From: Candidatus Doudnabacteria bacterium | GTDB taxonomy: Bacteria; Patescibacteriota; Doudnabacteria; UBA920; O2-02-FULL-48-8 | Assembly: GCA_037200925.1 (NCBI GenBank) | Contig: JBBCGO010000001.1 | Coordinates: 696,235-760,234 of the forward strand | Direction: 5' to 3' | DNA: 64,000 bases | In this document: piece after piece, positions 32,401 through 40,192 of the stretch | How the letters are laid out: each line of letters starts with the position of its first letter | Position numbering within the stretch: position 1 is the stretch's first letter | The notes under the pieces: model-generated | Told to the model about the DNA's origin: nothing | Database searches by the model: none | Seen by the model: the letters and a program-made list of their open reading frames with translations, nothing else | Position numbers and translations under genes: made by a program

Positions 32401-35400
32401 AGCATTCTTAGCCAATGGTACTGCAGGACAAGTTCTTCAAAGCAACGGCACAACCCTGGCTCCTACTTGGGTTGCAGCTGCTACCGGAACACTGACCGGA
32501 TTATCGGTTGTATCAGCAAATGGTTTTGCCGGATCTTCCAGCGGCGGCACCACCCCTGCTATTACTATCTCAACCACGATCACAGGATTACTAAAGGGGA
32601 ATGGAACAGCCATATCTGCTGCCACAGCAGGCACTGATTATTCCCTGGGAACCTCTGCTTTAGCCACCGGTATCTTAAAGAGCACCACCACTACAGGGGC
32701 ATTAAGTATTGCAGTGCCGGCGGACTTCCCGGTATTGAACCAGAACACTACTGGCTCTGCCGCAACATTAACAACCCCCCGCCTAATCAACGGGGTATCC
32801 TTCAATGGTTCTGCTGACATCACAGTTACAGCAGCAGCAGGAACTCTGACAGGAACAACCCTGGCAGCAGGAGTCACAGCTTCATCTCTAACATCTGTAG
32901 GAACATTGGCAGGCTTGACTGTCACAGCTCCGATAGTAGGAAGTATCACAGGCAATGCGGCAACAGCAACCACTGCTACTTCTGCCACTAACCTTGCCGG
33001 AGGATTAGGAGGCCAGATCCCTTACCAATCAGCTGCAGGAACAACAGCATTCTTAGCCAATGGTACTGCAGGACAAGTTCTTCAAAGCAACGGCACAACA
33101 TTAGCTCCGACTTGGGTAGTTCCAAGTTCAATAGCAGCAGCAGGAACTCTGACAGGAACCACTCTTGCAGCCAATGTGGTTAATTCATCCTTAACATCTG
33201 TAGGAACATTGGCAGGCCTTACTGTCACAGCTCCGATAGTAGGAAGTATCACAGGTTCCTCCGGTTCTACCACAGGCAATGCTGCTACAGCTACCACTCT
33301 TGCAACCCCCCGCCTAATCAACGGGGTATCATTCAACGGTTCTGCCGACATCACAGTTACAGCAGCAGCAGGAACTCTGACAGGAACAACCCTGGCAGCA
33401 GGAGTCACAGCTTCATCTCTAACATCTGTAGGAACATTGGCAGGATTGACTGTCACAGCTCCGATAGTAGGAAGTATTACGGGGAATGCCGGGAGTGCTA
33501 CTACTGCTACCAACGCTACTAATACCGGAATAACAGATGATACTACTACCAATGCATCGGTATATCCGACCTGGGTAACTGCTAATACAGGAAACCTGCC
33601 TCAAAAAGTTTCTTCAACCAAACTTTTCTTCAACCCTTCTACCGGGTTATTAACTTCTACAGGATTTGCAGGGCCTCTAACAGGAAATGTAACCGGTAAT
33701 GTTACTGGTTCCTCCGGTTCTACCACAGGCAATGCTGCTACAGCTACCACTCTTGCCACCCCCCGCCTAATCAACGGGGTATCCTTCAATGGTTCTGCTG
33801 ACATCACAGTTACAGCAGCAGCAGGAACTCTGACAGGAACAACCCTGGCAGCAGGAGTCACAGCTTCATCTCTAACATCTGTAGGAACATTGGCAGGCTT
33901 GACTGTCACAGCTCCGATAGTAGGAAGTATCACAGGCAATGCGGCAACAGCAACCACTGCTACTTCTGCCACTAACCTTGCCGGAGGATTAGGAGGCCAG
34001 ATCCCTTACCAATCAGCTGCAGGAACAACAGCATTCTTAGCCAATGGTACTGCAGGACAAGTTCTTCAAAGCAACGGCACAACATTAGCTCCGACTTGGG
34101 TAGTTCCAAGTTCAATAGCAGCAGCAGGAACTCTGACAGGAACCACTCTTGCAGCCAATGTGGTTAATTCATCCTTAACATCTGTAGGAACATTGGCAGG
34201 CCTTACTGTCACAGCTCCGATAGTAGGAAGTATCACAGGTTCCTCCGGTTCTACCACAGGCAATGCTGCTACAGCCACTGCTTTGCAGACACCACGAGCT
34301 ATTAATGGAGTAAACTTCGATGGCACTGCTCCGATTACTATCACAGCGGCAGCAGGCACATTAACAGGAGCTACATTAGCAGCCAATGTACTTGCCTCGT
34401 CCTTAACATCCGTAGGAACACTTACGAGTCTTTCTACTTCCGGCCAGATCACATCAAGTCTTGCGACAGGAACTGCACCATTTATCGTCGCCTCCACTAC
34501 AAATGTTGCCAATCTAAATGCTTCTTCTTTGAACGGCGCAACCTTTGCCGCTCCAGGAGCCATCGGAAGCGGAACAGCCAGCACCGGGGCTTTCACCGGA
34601 CTTACTCTAGCTGGTCTTGCCGGCAACAACGCCGTGCTCTATGCCACAACCGGCACTGGAGTTGTAGCAACAGCTCCTACTTCTACCGCAGGCTTATGTT
34701 TAACCTCCGGAGCTGGGGCGGGATTTGTTCCTGTTTGGGCCGCTTGCGGCGGAGCAACTCCTACATTACAAACAGTTTATGCCGCGGCTTCCGGCAACAC
34801 CATTACTACTACTGATGCCAGAAACATTGCTTTCACTTTTGCTGATACCGCTACTGACCAATCCTTGACCTTAACTCAGCAGGGAACTGCTCCTTCCTTG
34901 ATCGTGGATGATACCAATGCCGGCACCAACACTGCCATAGACATCAGATCAGGCGGAGCGACCAAGCTGACTATTAATGAGCTGGGAACTATCTCTACTT
35001 CGGGAAACATTACAGTCAGCGGCACCGGCACCATTACCTCCGCAGGATTAGTTACAGCATCAGCCGGCCTAACTGTTACGACCGGAGATCTGGCTATCAC
35101 CGGCGGCAACTTATCCTTGGGCGGCACACAAAGGATCTCCAATGCCGGAGTGGGAGCGTTCATCACCGGCACAACAATCGGCTCCATGACTTTTACTACA
35201 AACAACATCGCAGACTCAGGAGCATTAACTATCAAATCGGCCGGCACTAATCCTTTAACCTTAGACTCGGGTACTACCGGAACAATTAATATTGGCACGG
35301 GTACTGCAGGCAAAACCATCAACATTGGGACAGACAATACAACTGCCGACACGATTGTCATTGGTTCTCCTTTAGATACCATAAGACTTGGCAAGTTTTC

Positions 35401-36895
35401 AGCAGTGAACGGAGTATTGTATGTGGACAATGCCAATGGCAATGTCTCTGAAACTGCCGCTTCAACAGGTATTCAATGTTTGCAAACTTCCGGCGTCGGC
35501 ACAGCTCCGATCTGGGGAGCTTGCGGTGGCGGCGGGACTCTGCAAGCAGCTTACAACTCAGGAAATACAATTCTGACCACAGCTGCCAGCAACGTTACTA
35601 TTACGGATATTGCCGGGACTCAACTCGCGGTGAATATGAATGGTGGAGTTGCTCCGACAGTTGATATGGTTAACATTTCAAATGCCACTGGCGTCACGAC
35701 TGCGGGTGTCAGCGGTTTGCAGATCACTTATCTGGGAGGCGCGGCAGCGGTGGAAGCTTCCGGGGAACGAATTGATATTACTGGAGGTACTACGGCGGGC
35801 GGCATTTGGAATGGATTGAGACTGACACAGGGAACGGTTACGCCCGGTATAACGGTCCAGGATCTTAAATTGGAAACAGCGACACTGACTCAATCTACAG
35901 CTGCAACAACGAATATTAACGGCTTGAATTTGGGTGTAGCCGGAGCTTTAGTTCAACAGACTTTGGCTGGTGCAATCAACTGGGACGGCTTAAATATTAC
36001 TACTCCCGCTTTAACAGAGACAACGGGAACCGTGATTGCTAATGGCTTGAATATAACTCCTGGTTCAGCCGGGGTGGGAGCCGAGCTGAACGGTATTAAT
36101 ATAGGCAACTCTGCCGGGGGCGCATCTACCCAGGAATCAGCAATTAAAGTAGGTACCGGTTGGGACAATATTCTCAGCAGCCCTAATGCATCGATAACGG
36201 GAGCAGGCGCCATGACAGTCACTTCTTGTACCGGTTGCGGAACCTTGATCGGAGTACAGACGTTCGTCAACGGCAACGTTACATACACAAAAACAGCAGG
36301 AACAACCAATGCGATCATTGAACTCTGGGGTGGCGGCGGCGCTGGCGGCAGCTGTACAGCCGTAGCCGGATGCGCAGCTGGCGGCGGAGGCTCCGGCGGT
36401 TACGCGCGATATTACTTTACTGGTATGGGGGCCGGACCTTTCACAATCGCTGTGGGTGCTGGTGGAACTGCTGTCGCTGGAGCCACGGGTAATACCGGAG
36501 GCATAACCACATTCAACACAGGCGTAACCACAATAACTGCAAACGGCGGCTTGGGTGGAACAACGGCGGCAGGCACTGCAGTTATTAAATATGTGGCAGG
36601 TGGAGCAGGAGGCGGTATTTCCACAAACGGCACAGTGAACCTTGCCGGCGCTCCGGGAGGCTCAGGCATGACCAGTACTGTTGTCACAACAGAATCATCA
36701 GGATTTGGTGGGTCAACATCTCTTGGCGGCGGCGGTGTAGCAGTTACAAATAATATTGGCGCAACAGCGCTAGCCGGTATTGCGGCAATTGCAAATACAG
36801 GGTCCGGCGGTTCGGGCGCAGCAACAGGCACAACAACATTGGCAACAGGAGGGGCGGGAGCCGGGGGCAGAATCATTATCTATGAGTTCAGATAA
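23462..36895 (+). CDS. giant (4477 aa) repetitive Thr/Gly/Ala/Ser-rich extracellular protein; putative fibrous surface or adhesin-like protein
   Basis: Uninterrupted 13.4-kb ORF. N-terminal hydrophobic signal/anchor. Almost no charged residues. Nested repeats and Cys-pair modules. Gly-rich C-terminal domain. Confidence 0.85.
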   Translation: MSQNKIKILALKVTISILILGFVAPDIFPIQAYFIPIAQAATGVPKAFSYQGRLTDSTGALLGGAGTNYTFKFSIWDSATPPGGTRLWPASPPGSVTLNVTQGVFNVNIGDTAHGYPDALTFDFNSTDTAYLQVEVLNPATSTYETLSPRQLIASSGYAINAGTATALQTARNINGVPFNGTADITIPSNTDAGALTGTTLAANIVNSSLTLVGHLVSGTLIGTQTFTNNNISDSGGLTIDSGGALNLGTSTSTSVSIGKTGTVTTINGSLTIPNYIDFTNLTAPAYKEGRLFYDPVSKSLSFYNDLSGLSLHIGQTLWTRVKNVTGATIPKGSSVYFSGVDAFGFPTVAKAQANSPVTTQSAGVTTQDIPNGAYGYATGVGLVENLDTSAFTAGDRLFLSPTTPGGFVTTQPAAPFFSMPIGRVIKSDAVSGSIEVVATPFTIGAFTSGSMIFASPLGLTAQDNANLFWDNATKRLGIGDNTPAATLTIGNGTAGSGLFEVFGANGNVTTQGDITLANGGGSITATGGGLTLVGGAASNLSTTAGNITLQPAGAGTTANVQIGAGGAGSATPDLLVVDAKSSAGDPAGTNGAIYYNIANNRFRCFENNAWKDCDSVTAATLQVAYNNSGAITTSGSHDIAFTLTSGNFIASGAGSVNLTPTAASSFTSGGALTLTGGAASALSTTSGDLTLQAGSGTVSLGSSTNLTAATGLTISTGFGNIILHPAGAGTTATVQIGSGGAGSTAPDLFGVDTKSDAGDPAGFNGAMYYNTNSNSFRCYENGAWKNCDTTGGTTTLQSAYSAGATITTGSSTDIVFTLASGNFDVSGAGSVNLTPTGNSSFTSDANLTLTSGTATTWGTTAGDLTLQVNGVGTTGSVHIGAGAPGSNGPDLFGLDVKSTAGDPAGYNGAMYYNGSSNVFRCFENGAWKDCGATGSGGGLSLQQTYINGPTITTTASTDLALILASGDFTASGAGSVNLNPTGASSFTSGGALTLTGGAASVFGTSAGDLTLQAAGNGTTANVHIGAGGVGSATPDLLALDVKSTSGDPTGVNGSMYYNASTNRFRCYENNAWKDCDISGTDTLQTVYNNGATIVTAGSVPITFNLASGNFNVSGAGSVNLTPTGALTLTGGAASTFSTSSGALTIDSAATLNLGTTNATGVSIGKTGTVATVNGSLTIPNYIDFTNTVKPPYSEGRVFYDTTDKTLAYYNDASNSTLNIGQEEWIRVKNITGTDIADGKVVYISGSSGGIPTVALARADSPTTSQAAGITTNAIPNGSISYITNFGLIHKENTASFSAGDQIFLSATSAGDYTATRPSSPNLTVKLGYIAVSDSTLGIVLANIAPAPFQSGILGTGSIPFANSSGLLISNNNNLFWDQVNNRLGIGDNTPAATLTIGNGTPGSALFEVFGSTGNITTKGDINLAAGGTITGTGPLAITATGANALTLDTGTTGTINIGTGISGKTINIGTDNTAADTIVIGSSLDTLKLGKFNTANAIIYTANGTTDGTLASIANGTTGQCLVATTGLAPAWGTCPADASALTGTTLAASVVNSSLTSVGTLTGLTVTAPIIGSITGSSGSTTGNAATATTLETARLINGVSFNGSADITVAADAGTLTGNTLAANVVNSSLTSVGPLTGLTVIAPIAGSVTGSAATVTDAAQPAITSVGTLTGLTVTAPIVGSVTGSSGSTTGNAATATKLETPRLINGVAFDGSADITITAVAAAGTLTGTTLAANVVNSSLTSVGTLAGLTVTAPIVGSVTGSSGSTTGNAATATTLATPRLINGVSFNGSADITVTAAAGTLTGTTLAAGVTASSLTSVGTLAGLTVTAPIVGSITGNAATATTATSATNLAGGLGGQIPYQSAAGTTAFLANGTAGQVLQSNGTTLAPTWVAAATGTLTGLSVVSANGFAGSSSGGTTPAITISTTITGLLKGNGTAISAATAGTDYSLGTSALATGILKSTTTTGALSIAVPADFPVLNQNTTGSAATLTTPRLINGVSFNGSADITVTAAAGTLTGTTLAAGVTASSLTSVGTLAGLTVTAPIVGSITGNAATATTATSATNLAGGLGGQIPYQSAAGTTAFLANGTAGQVLQSNGTTLAPTWVVPSSIAAAGTLTGTTLAANVVNSSLTSVGTLAGLTVTAPIVGSITGSSGSTTGNAATATTLATPRLINGVSFNGSADITVTAAAGTLTGTTLAAGVTASSLTSVGTLAGLTVTAPIVGSITGNAGSATKLATPRLINGVAFDGTADITITAAAAAGTLTGTTLAANVVNSSLTSVGALVSGTQIASQTFTTNNIADSGALTITSGGAGNLALNSASGIVTSNGTTVTLGGSATINGGNAAAGTLTLVSTTNGTKGDIQFFSSANKITSAGALTIAGPIVASNFTGTLTGTNTGDQTITLTGDVTGSGTGTFAATIAPNAVTTGKILDGTILNADLANSTIGLLIGTSGTDVGVTGSPASLGGSLTLNIPNASATNRGVLTAADWAAFNSKQAAFGYTPEDVANKSSNVNLGTSNILYPTQNAVKTYVDNLTTGLIWQNPIENAGVIADTATPVGSPVSGDSYIINTGGNTGVWAGFSAGDLVQYQGTTWVKVKSLVVGDRFGVSFLSPTVPSGAMTGKSDNLVQVSGGTPGAFTYTFIAPVNNYAVFDQNPNSMNYGVSFTYTSSLGEWVALSANTRLSAGNGLQTVGTTVSLGALTADWNQTGVFNINTAGNVNVNGGTLGTTALTGNLFNTTATTLNIGGAATNIVLGAAGATLTGGGALTISSAPTTALTLDSGTTGTVNLATGNNGKTVNIGTGTSGDIINIGTNNTTADTISIGSALDSLSISSAHFTATSAGALTISGALSASNFSGSSSGTNTGDQTSVSGNAGTATALQTPRAINGVNFDGTAPITITAAAGTLTGTVLAANVVNSSLTSVGTLAGLTVTAPIVGSITGNAATATTATSATNLAGGLGGQIPYQSAAGTTAFLANGTAGQVLQSNGTTLAPTWVAAATGTLTGLSVVSANGFAGSSSGGTTPAITISTTITGLLKGNGTAISAATAGTDYSLGTSALATGILKSTTTTGALSIAVPADFPVLNQNTTGSAATLTTPRLINGVSFNGSADITVTAAAGTLTGTTLAAGVTASSLTSVGTLAGLTVTAPIVGSITGNAATATTATSATNLAGGLGGQIPYQSAAGTTAFLANGTAGQVLQSNGTTLAPTWVVPSSIAAAGTLTGTTLAANVVNSSLTSVGTLAGLTVTAPIVGSITGSSGSTTGNAATATTLATPRLINGVSFNGSADITVTAAAGTLTGTTLAAGVTASSLTSVGTLAGLTVTAPIVGSITGNAGSATTATNATNTGITDDTTTNASVYPTWVTANTGNLPQKVSSTKLFFNPSTGLLTSTGFAGPLTGNVTGNVTGSSGSTTGNAATATTLATPRLINGVSFNGSADITVTAAAGTLTGTTLAAGVTASSLTSVGTLAGLTVTAPIVGSITGNAATATTATSATNLAGGLGGQIPYQSAAGTTAFLANGTAGQVLQSNGTTLAPTWVVPSSIAAAGTLTGTTLAANVVNSSLTSVGTLAGLTVTAPIVGSITGSSGSTTGNAATATALQTPRAINGVNFDGTAPITITAAAGTLTGATLAANVLASSLTSVGTLTSLSTSGQITSSLATGTAPFIVASTTNVANLNASSLNGATFAAPGAIGSGTASTGAFTGLTLAGLAGNNAVLYATTGTGVVATAPTSTAGLCLTSGAGAGFVPVWAACGGATPTLQTVYAAASGNTITTTDARNIAFTFADTATDQSLTLTQQGTAPSLIVDDTNAGTNTAIDIRSGGATKLTINELGTISTSGNITVSGTGTITSAGLVTASAGLTVTTGDLAITGGNLSLGGTQRISNAGVGAFITGTTIGSMTFTTNNIADSGALTIKSAGTNPLTLDSGTTGTINIGTGTAGKTINIGTDNTTADTIVIGSPLDTIRLGKFSAVNGVLYVDNANGNVSETAASTGIQCLQTSGVGTAPIWGACGGGGTLQAAYNSGNTILTTAASNVTITDIAGTQLAVNMNGGVAPTVDMVNISNATGVTTAGVSGLQITYLGGAAAVEASGERIDITGGTTAGGIWNGLRLTQGTVTPGITVQDLKLETATLTQSTAATTNINGLNLGVAGALVQQTLAGAINWDGLNITTPALTETTGTVIANGLNITPGSAGVGAELNGINIGNSAGGASTQESAIKVGTGWDNILSSPNASITGAGAMTVTSCTGCGTLIGVQTFVNGNVTYTKTAGTTNAIIELWGGGGAGGSCTAVAGCAAGGGGSGGYARYYFTGMGAGPFTIAVGAGGTAVAGATGNTGGITTFNTGVTTITANGGLGGTTAAGTAVIKYVAGGAGGGISTNGTVNLAGAPGGSGMTSTVVTTESSGFGGSTSLGGGGVAVTNNIGATALAGIAAIANTGSGGSGAATGTTTLATGGAGAGGRIIIYEFR
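24850..26700 (+). repeat. four in-frame copies of a ~145-175-aa module ending in DPAG-NGA-YYN...FRC-EN-AWK-C (conserved Cys pair)
   Basis: RFRCFENNAWKDCD, SFRCYENGAWKNCD, VFRCFENGAWKDCG and RFRCYENNAWKDCD at about 25261, 25790, 26218 and 26653. Confidence 0.7.
28950..30180 (+). repeat. ~1.2-kb intragenic segment, copy A, near-identical to 32270-33500
   Basis: Antisense ORFs 29116..29313 = 32437..32634 and 29317..29667 = 32638..32988 are identical. Offset is 3321 nt (1107 codons). Confidence 0.8.
32270..33500 (+). repeat. ~1.2-kb intragenic segment, copy B of 28950-30180
   Basis: See copy A. A ~230-nt Thr-rich subunit recurs at least 6 times at >95% identity across 28.7-34.3 kb. Confidence 0.8.
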
Positions 36896-36897
36896 AA

Positions 36898-39489
36898 ATG
36901 ACGGAGAGAAAAACCAAATTAATATTAATAGCAGTTATTTCTGCAGGAATATTCGGAGTCGGATTTTATTTTCTTGCGTTGCCTCATCTCAATTTGAATA
37001 AAACGGCAACTACTGTAACCAAGTTGTTTGGCTCAGTATTTCCGACGCCTAAATTCCCTTCAACCGGAACGATAGAAACGCCGGTTGAAGGAACTCCCAC
37101 CGCAGTAACACCTGATGTAAACACTCCGGCTGCAGGAACATCTGCCGGTACGACACCAGCTATTGTAATACCACTTGCAACTAGACAAGCATTTGCGAGA
37201 CCGATCACCGATACGACACCACAATTGCTCGGCAAGACAATATTTAGAAAGAAAGACCAGGCGACGATACCGGTTCATCCTCGTTTCAAGAACGGTAATA
37301 CAAATATTGCTTTTTATGCATTGTGTCCGACCGTGGCTTGTCCTGCCGTCGGTACCACGGCTTCACCCAAGTATAATTTTTTTGCAGAAGATACAACTAC
37401 CGGTGATCAACCGTTTTCAAATTATTGGACTCCTGACCCTTCTTTTCATAAAATTGTAGTAGTAGAATATGTTAATGATAATCACCAATTTACGTGTTCG
37501 GATCTTAGCTTAGATCAGTGTATTGCCAATCGACATTTCATCAGTCAAACTTCTATACAACTTGTAGATGACAATGCGATAACTTTTCATATAATTACGC
37601 TCGTTGAGAACGGGACCGACGGTACGGCCGTTCCTTCTGACTTTATGGTTCACGTCAAGAATGCCGGTGCGGATGTTGCAGCAAGTCCTGCATCCGGAAC
37701 GGCAGTATTACCGGGAACTTTATATACACTTTCTGCCGGCACCTATGCTGTCAGTGAGGATGCAAATGCTCTTTACACCCAAAGCTTCAGCGGGGATTGT
37801 GATTTGACCGGCGGCATTACTCTGGTGGCAGGGGATGACAAGACATGTACCATCACCAACACTTTCGGTCCGCCGGTGACAACAACGGCCACCCTGCACG
37901 TCATTAAACAGGTTAATAACAGTAGCGGCGGCACGGCAGTTGCTTCCGACTTTAATATTCACGTCAAGAATGCCGGAGCGGATGTCGCAGGAAGCCCGAC
38001 AGTCGGAACAGCTGCGCCGGGATCTTTATATTCACTCGCTGTCGGCATATACAACGTCAGCGAAGATGCCAACACTTCTTATACGCCAAGCTTTAGCGGT
38101 AATTGTGATATAACCGGCAGCATTACTCTGGTGGCAGGGGATGACAAGACATGTACCATCACCAACAATCAAATATCTGCAAACACGACACCGGCTGCTC
38201 TTCATGTCATTAAGCTCGTAGTTAATGGAAGTGACGGCATCGCAACTTCTTCTGACTTTAATATCCACGTAAAGAATGCAGGTGGGGATGTTGTGGGAAG
38301 TCCTGCGGTCGGAGTTGCAGCACCCGGAACTTTGTATACACTTTCTGCAGGCGCGTATGCTGTCAGTGAGGATGCGAATGCCCTATACACGCAAAGCTTC
38401 AGCGGGGATTGTGATGCTGGTGGCAATGTGACGTTGCTGGCTGGCGACAATAAGACATGTACCATCACCAACACTCAAATTTCTTCAGTACCGATAGTAC
38501 CGCCACCTGGGACGGGTACAGTTTTGGCAACACTTCATGTAATCAAACTCGTGGTTAATAGCAGCGACAGCACGGCGGTTGCATCCGACTTTAATATCCA
38601 CGTAAAGAATGCCGATGTGGATGTGCCGGGGAGCCCGGCAGTCGGGGCTGCGACGCCCGGAACTTCTTATTCTCTCTCTCCCGGCACGGTTGTAATAAGC
38701 GAAGATGCCAACATCGCTTATGTACAAAGCTTTAGCGGGGATTGTGATTCGACCGGCAATATTACGCTGTCGGTTGGCGACGACAAGACATGTACGATTA
38801 CCAACACCAATATTTCTGTTCCGGTACCTACCCCTATTCCCGAGCCCACCCCAACTCCAACTACCTCGCCAGACACCACAGCACCGGTCATCATACTTAT
38901 TGGCGATCCAACGATTAATCTAAATGTCGGCGACACATATATAGAACAAGGTGCTACCGCAACAGATGATGTCGATAGCTCGGTTGCAGTTGTGGTCAGC
39001 GGGACTGTGGACACATCTACAGCCGGTACTTATATAATTCACTACAACGCCACAGACGCTGCCGACAACCCTGCGACCGAAGTTACCCGAACGATCAATG
39101 TAGCCGAATCAGTCCCAGCTTTACCCAGTACGGGATCGGGTCCTCTTATGCTAAGTAATTCATCAGGTATTATTATACTGAATGTGATCCTCGGGATAAT
39201 TTTGGCTTCGCTTGTTTTCTTGTTTATAAGGAAACGCAGGGGTAGCCCGGTTGTTAAACAGGATCAGCAAATAGACAGCACCGCGATTAGTTCTGCCCCA
39301 ACTGCACTCGTCGGGCGTAATAATCCCGAACAACCCACAGCGTCAGGGGATCATACAAGCACCGGCAATAATCAGATCGATAAGCCGCCGATCCAGACCC
39401 CCACCCCAGAGCCTACTCCGCTCCCAGCACCAAAAATAACTCCCGAACCTACACAGCCGGAAAACAATGATAAGGAAGTTTTGAAATAA
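36898..39489 (+). CDS. cell-surface repeat protein with Ig-like (DUF5011-like) domain and LPSTG sorting-signal-like motif
   Basis: N-terminal TM/signal. Five tandem ~100-aa repeats. Ig-like segment (PVIILIGDPTINLNVGDTYIEQGATATDDVDSS...GTYIIHYNATDAADN). LPSTGSG, a hydrophobic stretch and RKRRG, followed by an unusual ~100-aa Pro/Thr-rich tail. Confidence 0.75.
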   Translation: MTERKTKLILIAVISAGIFGVGFYFLALPHLNLNKTATTVTKLFGSVFPTPKFPSTGTIETPVEGTPTAVTPDVNTPAAGTSAGTTPAIVIPLATRQAFARPITDTTPQLLGKTIFRKKDQATIPVHPRFKNGNTNIAFYALCPTVACPAVGTTASPKYNFFAEDTTTGDQPFSNYWTPDPSFHKIVVVEYVNDNHQFTCSDLSLDQCIANRHFISQTSIQLVDDNAITFHIITLVENGTDGTAVPSDFMVHVKNAGADVAASPASGTAVLPGTLYTLSAGTYAVSEDANALYTQSFSGDCDLTGGITLVAGDDKTCTITNTFGPPVTTTATLHVIKQVNNSSGGTAVASDFNIHVKNAGADVAGSPTVGTAAPGSLYSLAVGIYNVSEDANTSYTPSFSGNCDITGSITLVAGDDKTCTITNNQISANTTPAALHVIKLVVNGSDGIATSSDFNIHVKNAGGDVVGSPAVGVAAPGTLYTLSAGAYAVSEDANALYTQSFSGDCDAGGNVTLLAGDNKTCTITNTQISSVPIVPPPGTGTVLATLHVIKLVVNSSDSTAVASDFNIHVKNADVDVPGSPAVGAATPGTSYSLSPGTVVISEDANIAYVQSFSGDCDSTGNITLSVGDDKTCTITNTNISVPVPTPIPEPTPTPTTSPDTTAPVIILIGDPTINLNVGDTYIEQGATATDDVDSSVAVVVSGTVDTSTAGTYIIHYNATDAADNPATEVTRTINVAESVPALPSTGSGPLMLSNSSGIIILNVILGIILASLVFLFIRKRRGSPVVKQDQQIDSTAISSAPTALVGRNNPEQPTASGDHTSTGNNQIDKPPIQTPTPEPTPLPAPKITPEPTQPENNDKEVLK
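37560..38830 (+). repeat. five tandem ~300-nt coding repeats (each with Cys pair SG.CD...KTCTITN)
   Basis: LHVIK..VN.S.G.A.ASDFNIHVKNAG.DV.GSP.VG.AAPG.LY.L..G.Y.VSEDAN..YT.SFSGDCD..G.ITL.AGDDKTCTITN repeated five times. Confidence 0.7.
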
Positions 39490-39568
39490 GAACCGGGAAC
39501 GGTTGACTTGCCATTTGAAATAATATTTGTTATCATTTGGGTACAAGAAATTAATATAAACGAAACAA

Positions 39569-40114
39569 ATGCCAAATGAAATAGATACTCCACCAGCAGG
39601 TGGAAGCACTCCTACACCAACTCCGGCTCCGAGCGAGCCGATACCAGGCGGTGTTAATCGCTGGCGCTGGGCGAACTGGACAACCAAAGCCGTAATGACT
39701 TTGGCAGTCTTACTGCTTTTAGGAGCAGTTGGAACCGCAGGATTTTTTTATAAGCAGTTGACGGATATTAAGAAAGACCCAAACAAGGTGGCTGCTGATG
39801 AAACTAATGCCACTATCAGTGCAATTGGCAAATTGATAGTTTTGCCGACCGATGAACAGCCAACGCTGGCGACCGTAACCGATCCGAGCAAACTTGCGGA
39901 TCAGCCGTTCTTTGCTTCCGCCAAAATGGGCGATAAGGTTTTGATCTACACCAATGCCAAGAAAGCCATCCTATACGATCCTGTCGCTAATAAGATCGTG
40001 GAAGTAGCGCCGATCAATATCGGCAATACTGCCGCGGCTCCAAGTGCCGTATCCGGCGCTTCAACTGACGCTTCAAAAACCTCCGCACCCGCAACCCAAA
40101 CCCCAAAGAAATAA
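39569..40114 (+). CDS. membrane-anchored protein, unknown function
   Basis: Pro/Thr-rich N-terminus, one TM helix, extracytoplasmic domain. Confidence 0.5.
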   Translation: MPNEIDTPPAGGSTPTPTPAPSEPIPGGVNRWRWANWTTKAVMTLAVLLLLGAVGTAGFFYKQLTDIKKDPNKVAADETNATISAIGKLIVLPTDEQPTLATVTDPSKLADQPFFASAKMGDKVLIYTNAKKAILYDPVANKIVEVAPINIGNTAAAPSAVSGASTDASKTSAPATQTPKK

Positions 40115-40192
40115 AAATAGAAGAAATAGCAAACAGTAAGAAATAAATAGAATAAAACCCAGGTATGAGCCAGGGTTTTATTTTGCTATACT

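Noticed and set aside
28050-34400. Regularly spaced direct repeats considered as a possible CRISPR array
   Set aside because: Repeats are ~290 nt, in-frame, translated as part of one ORF, with no short unique spacers and no cas genes. They are coding tandem repeats, not CRISPR.
24589-36876. Many long minus-strand ORFs (up to 354 aa) inside the giant gene, Pro/Val/Ala-rich
   Set aside because: They are mirror images of the Thr/Gly/Ala-rich repeats. Identical pairs simply reflect the intragenic duplication. No starts with RBS were found.
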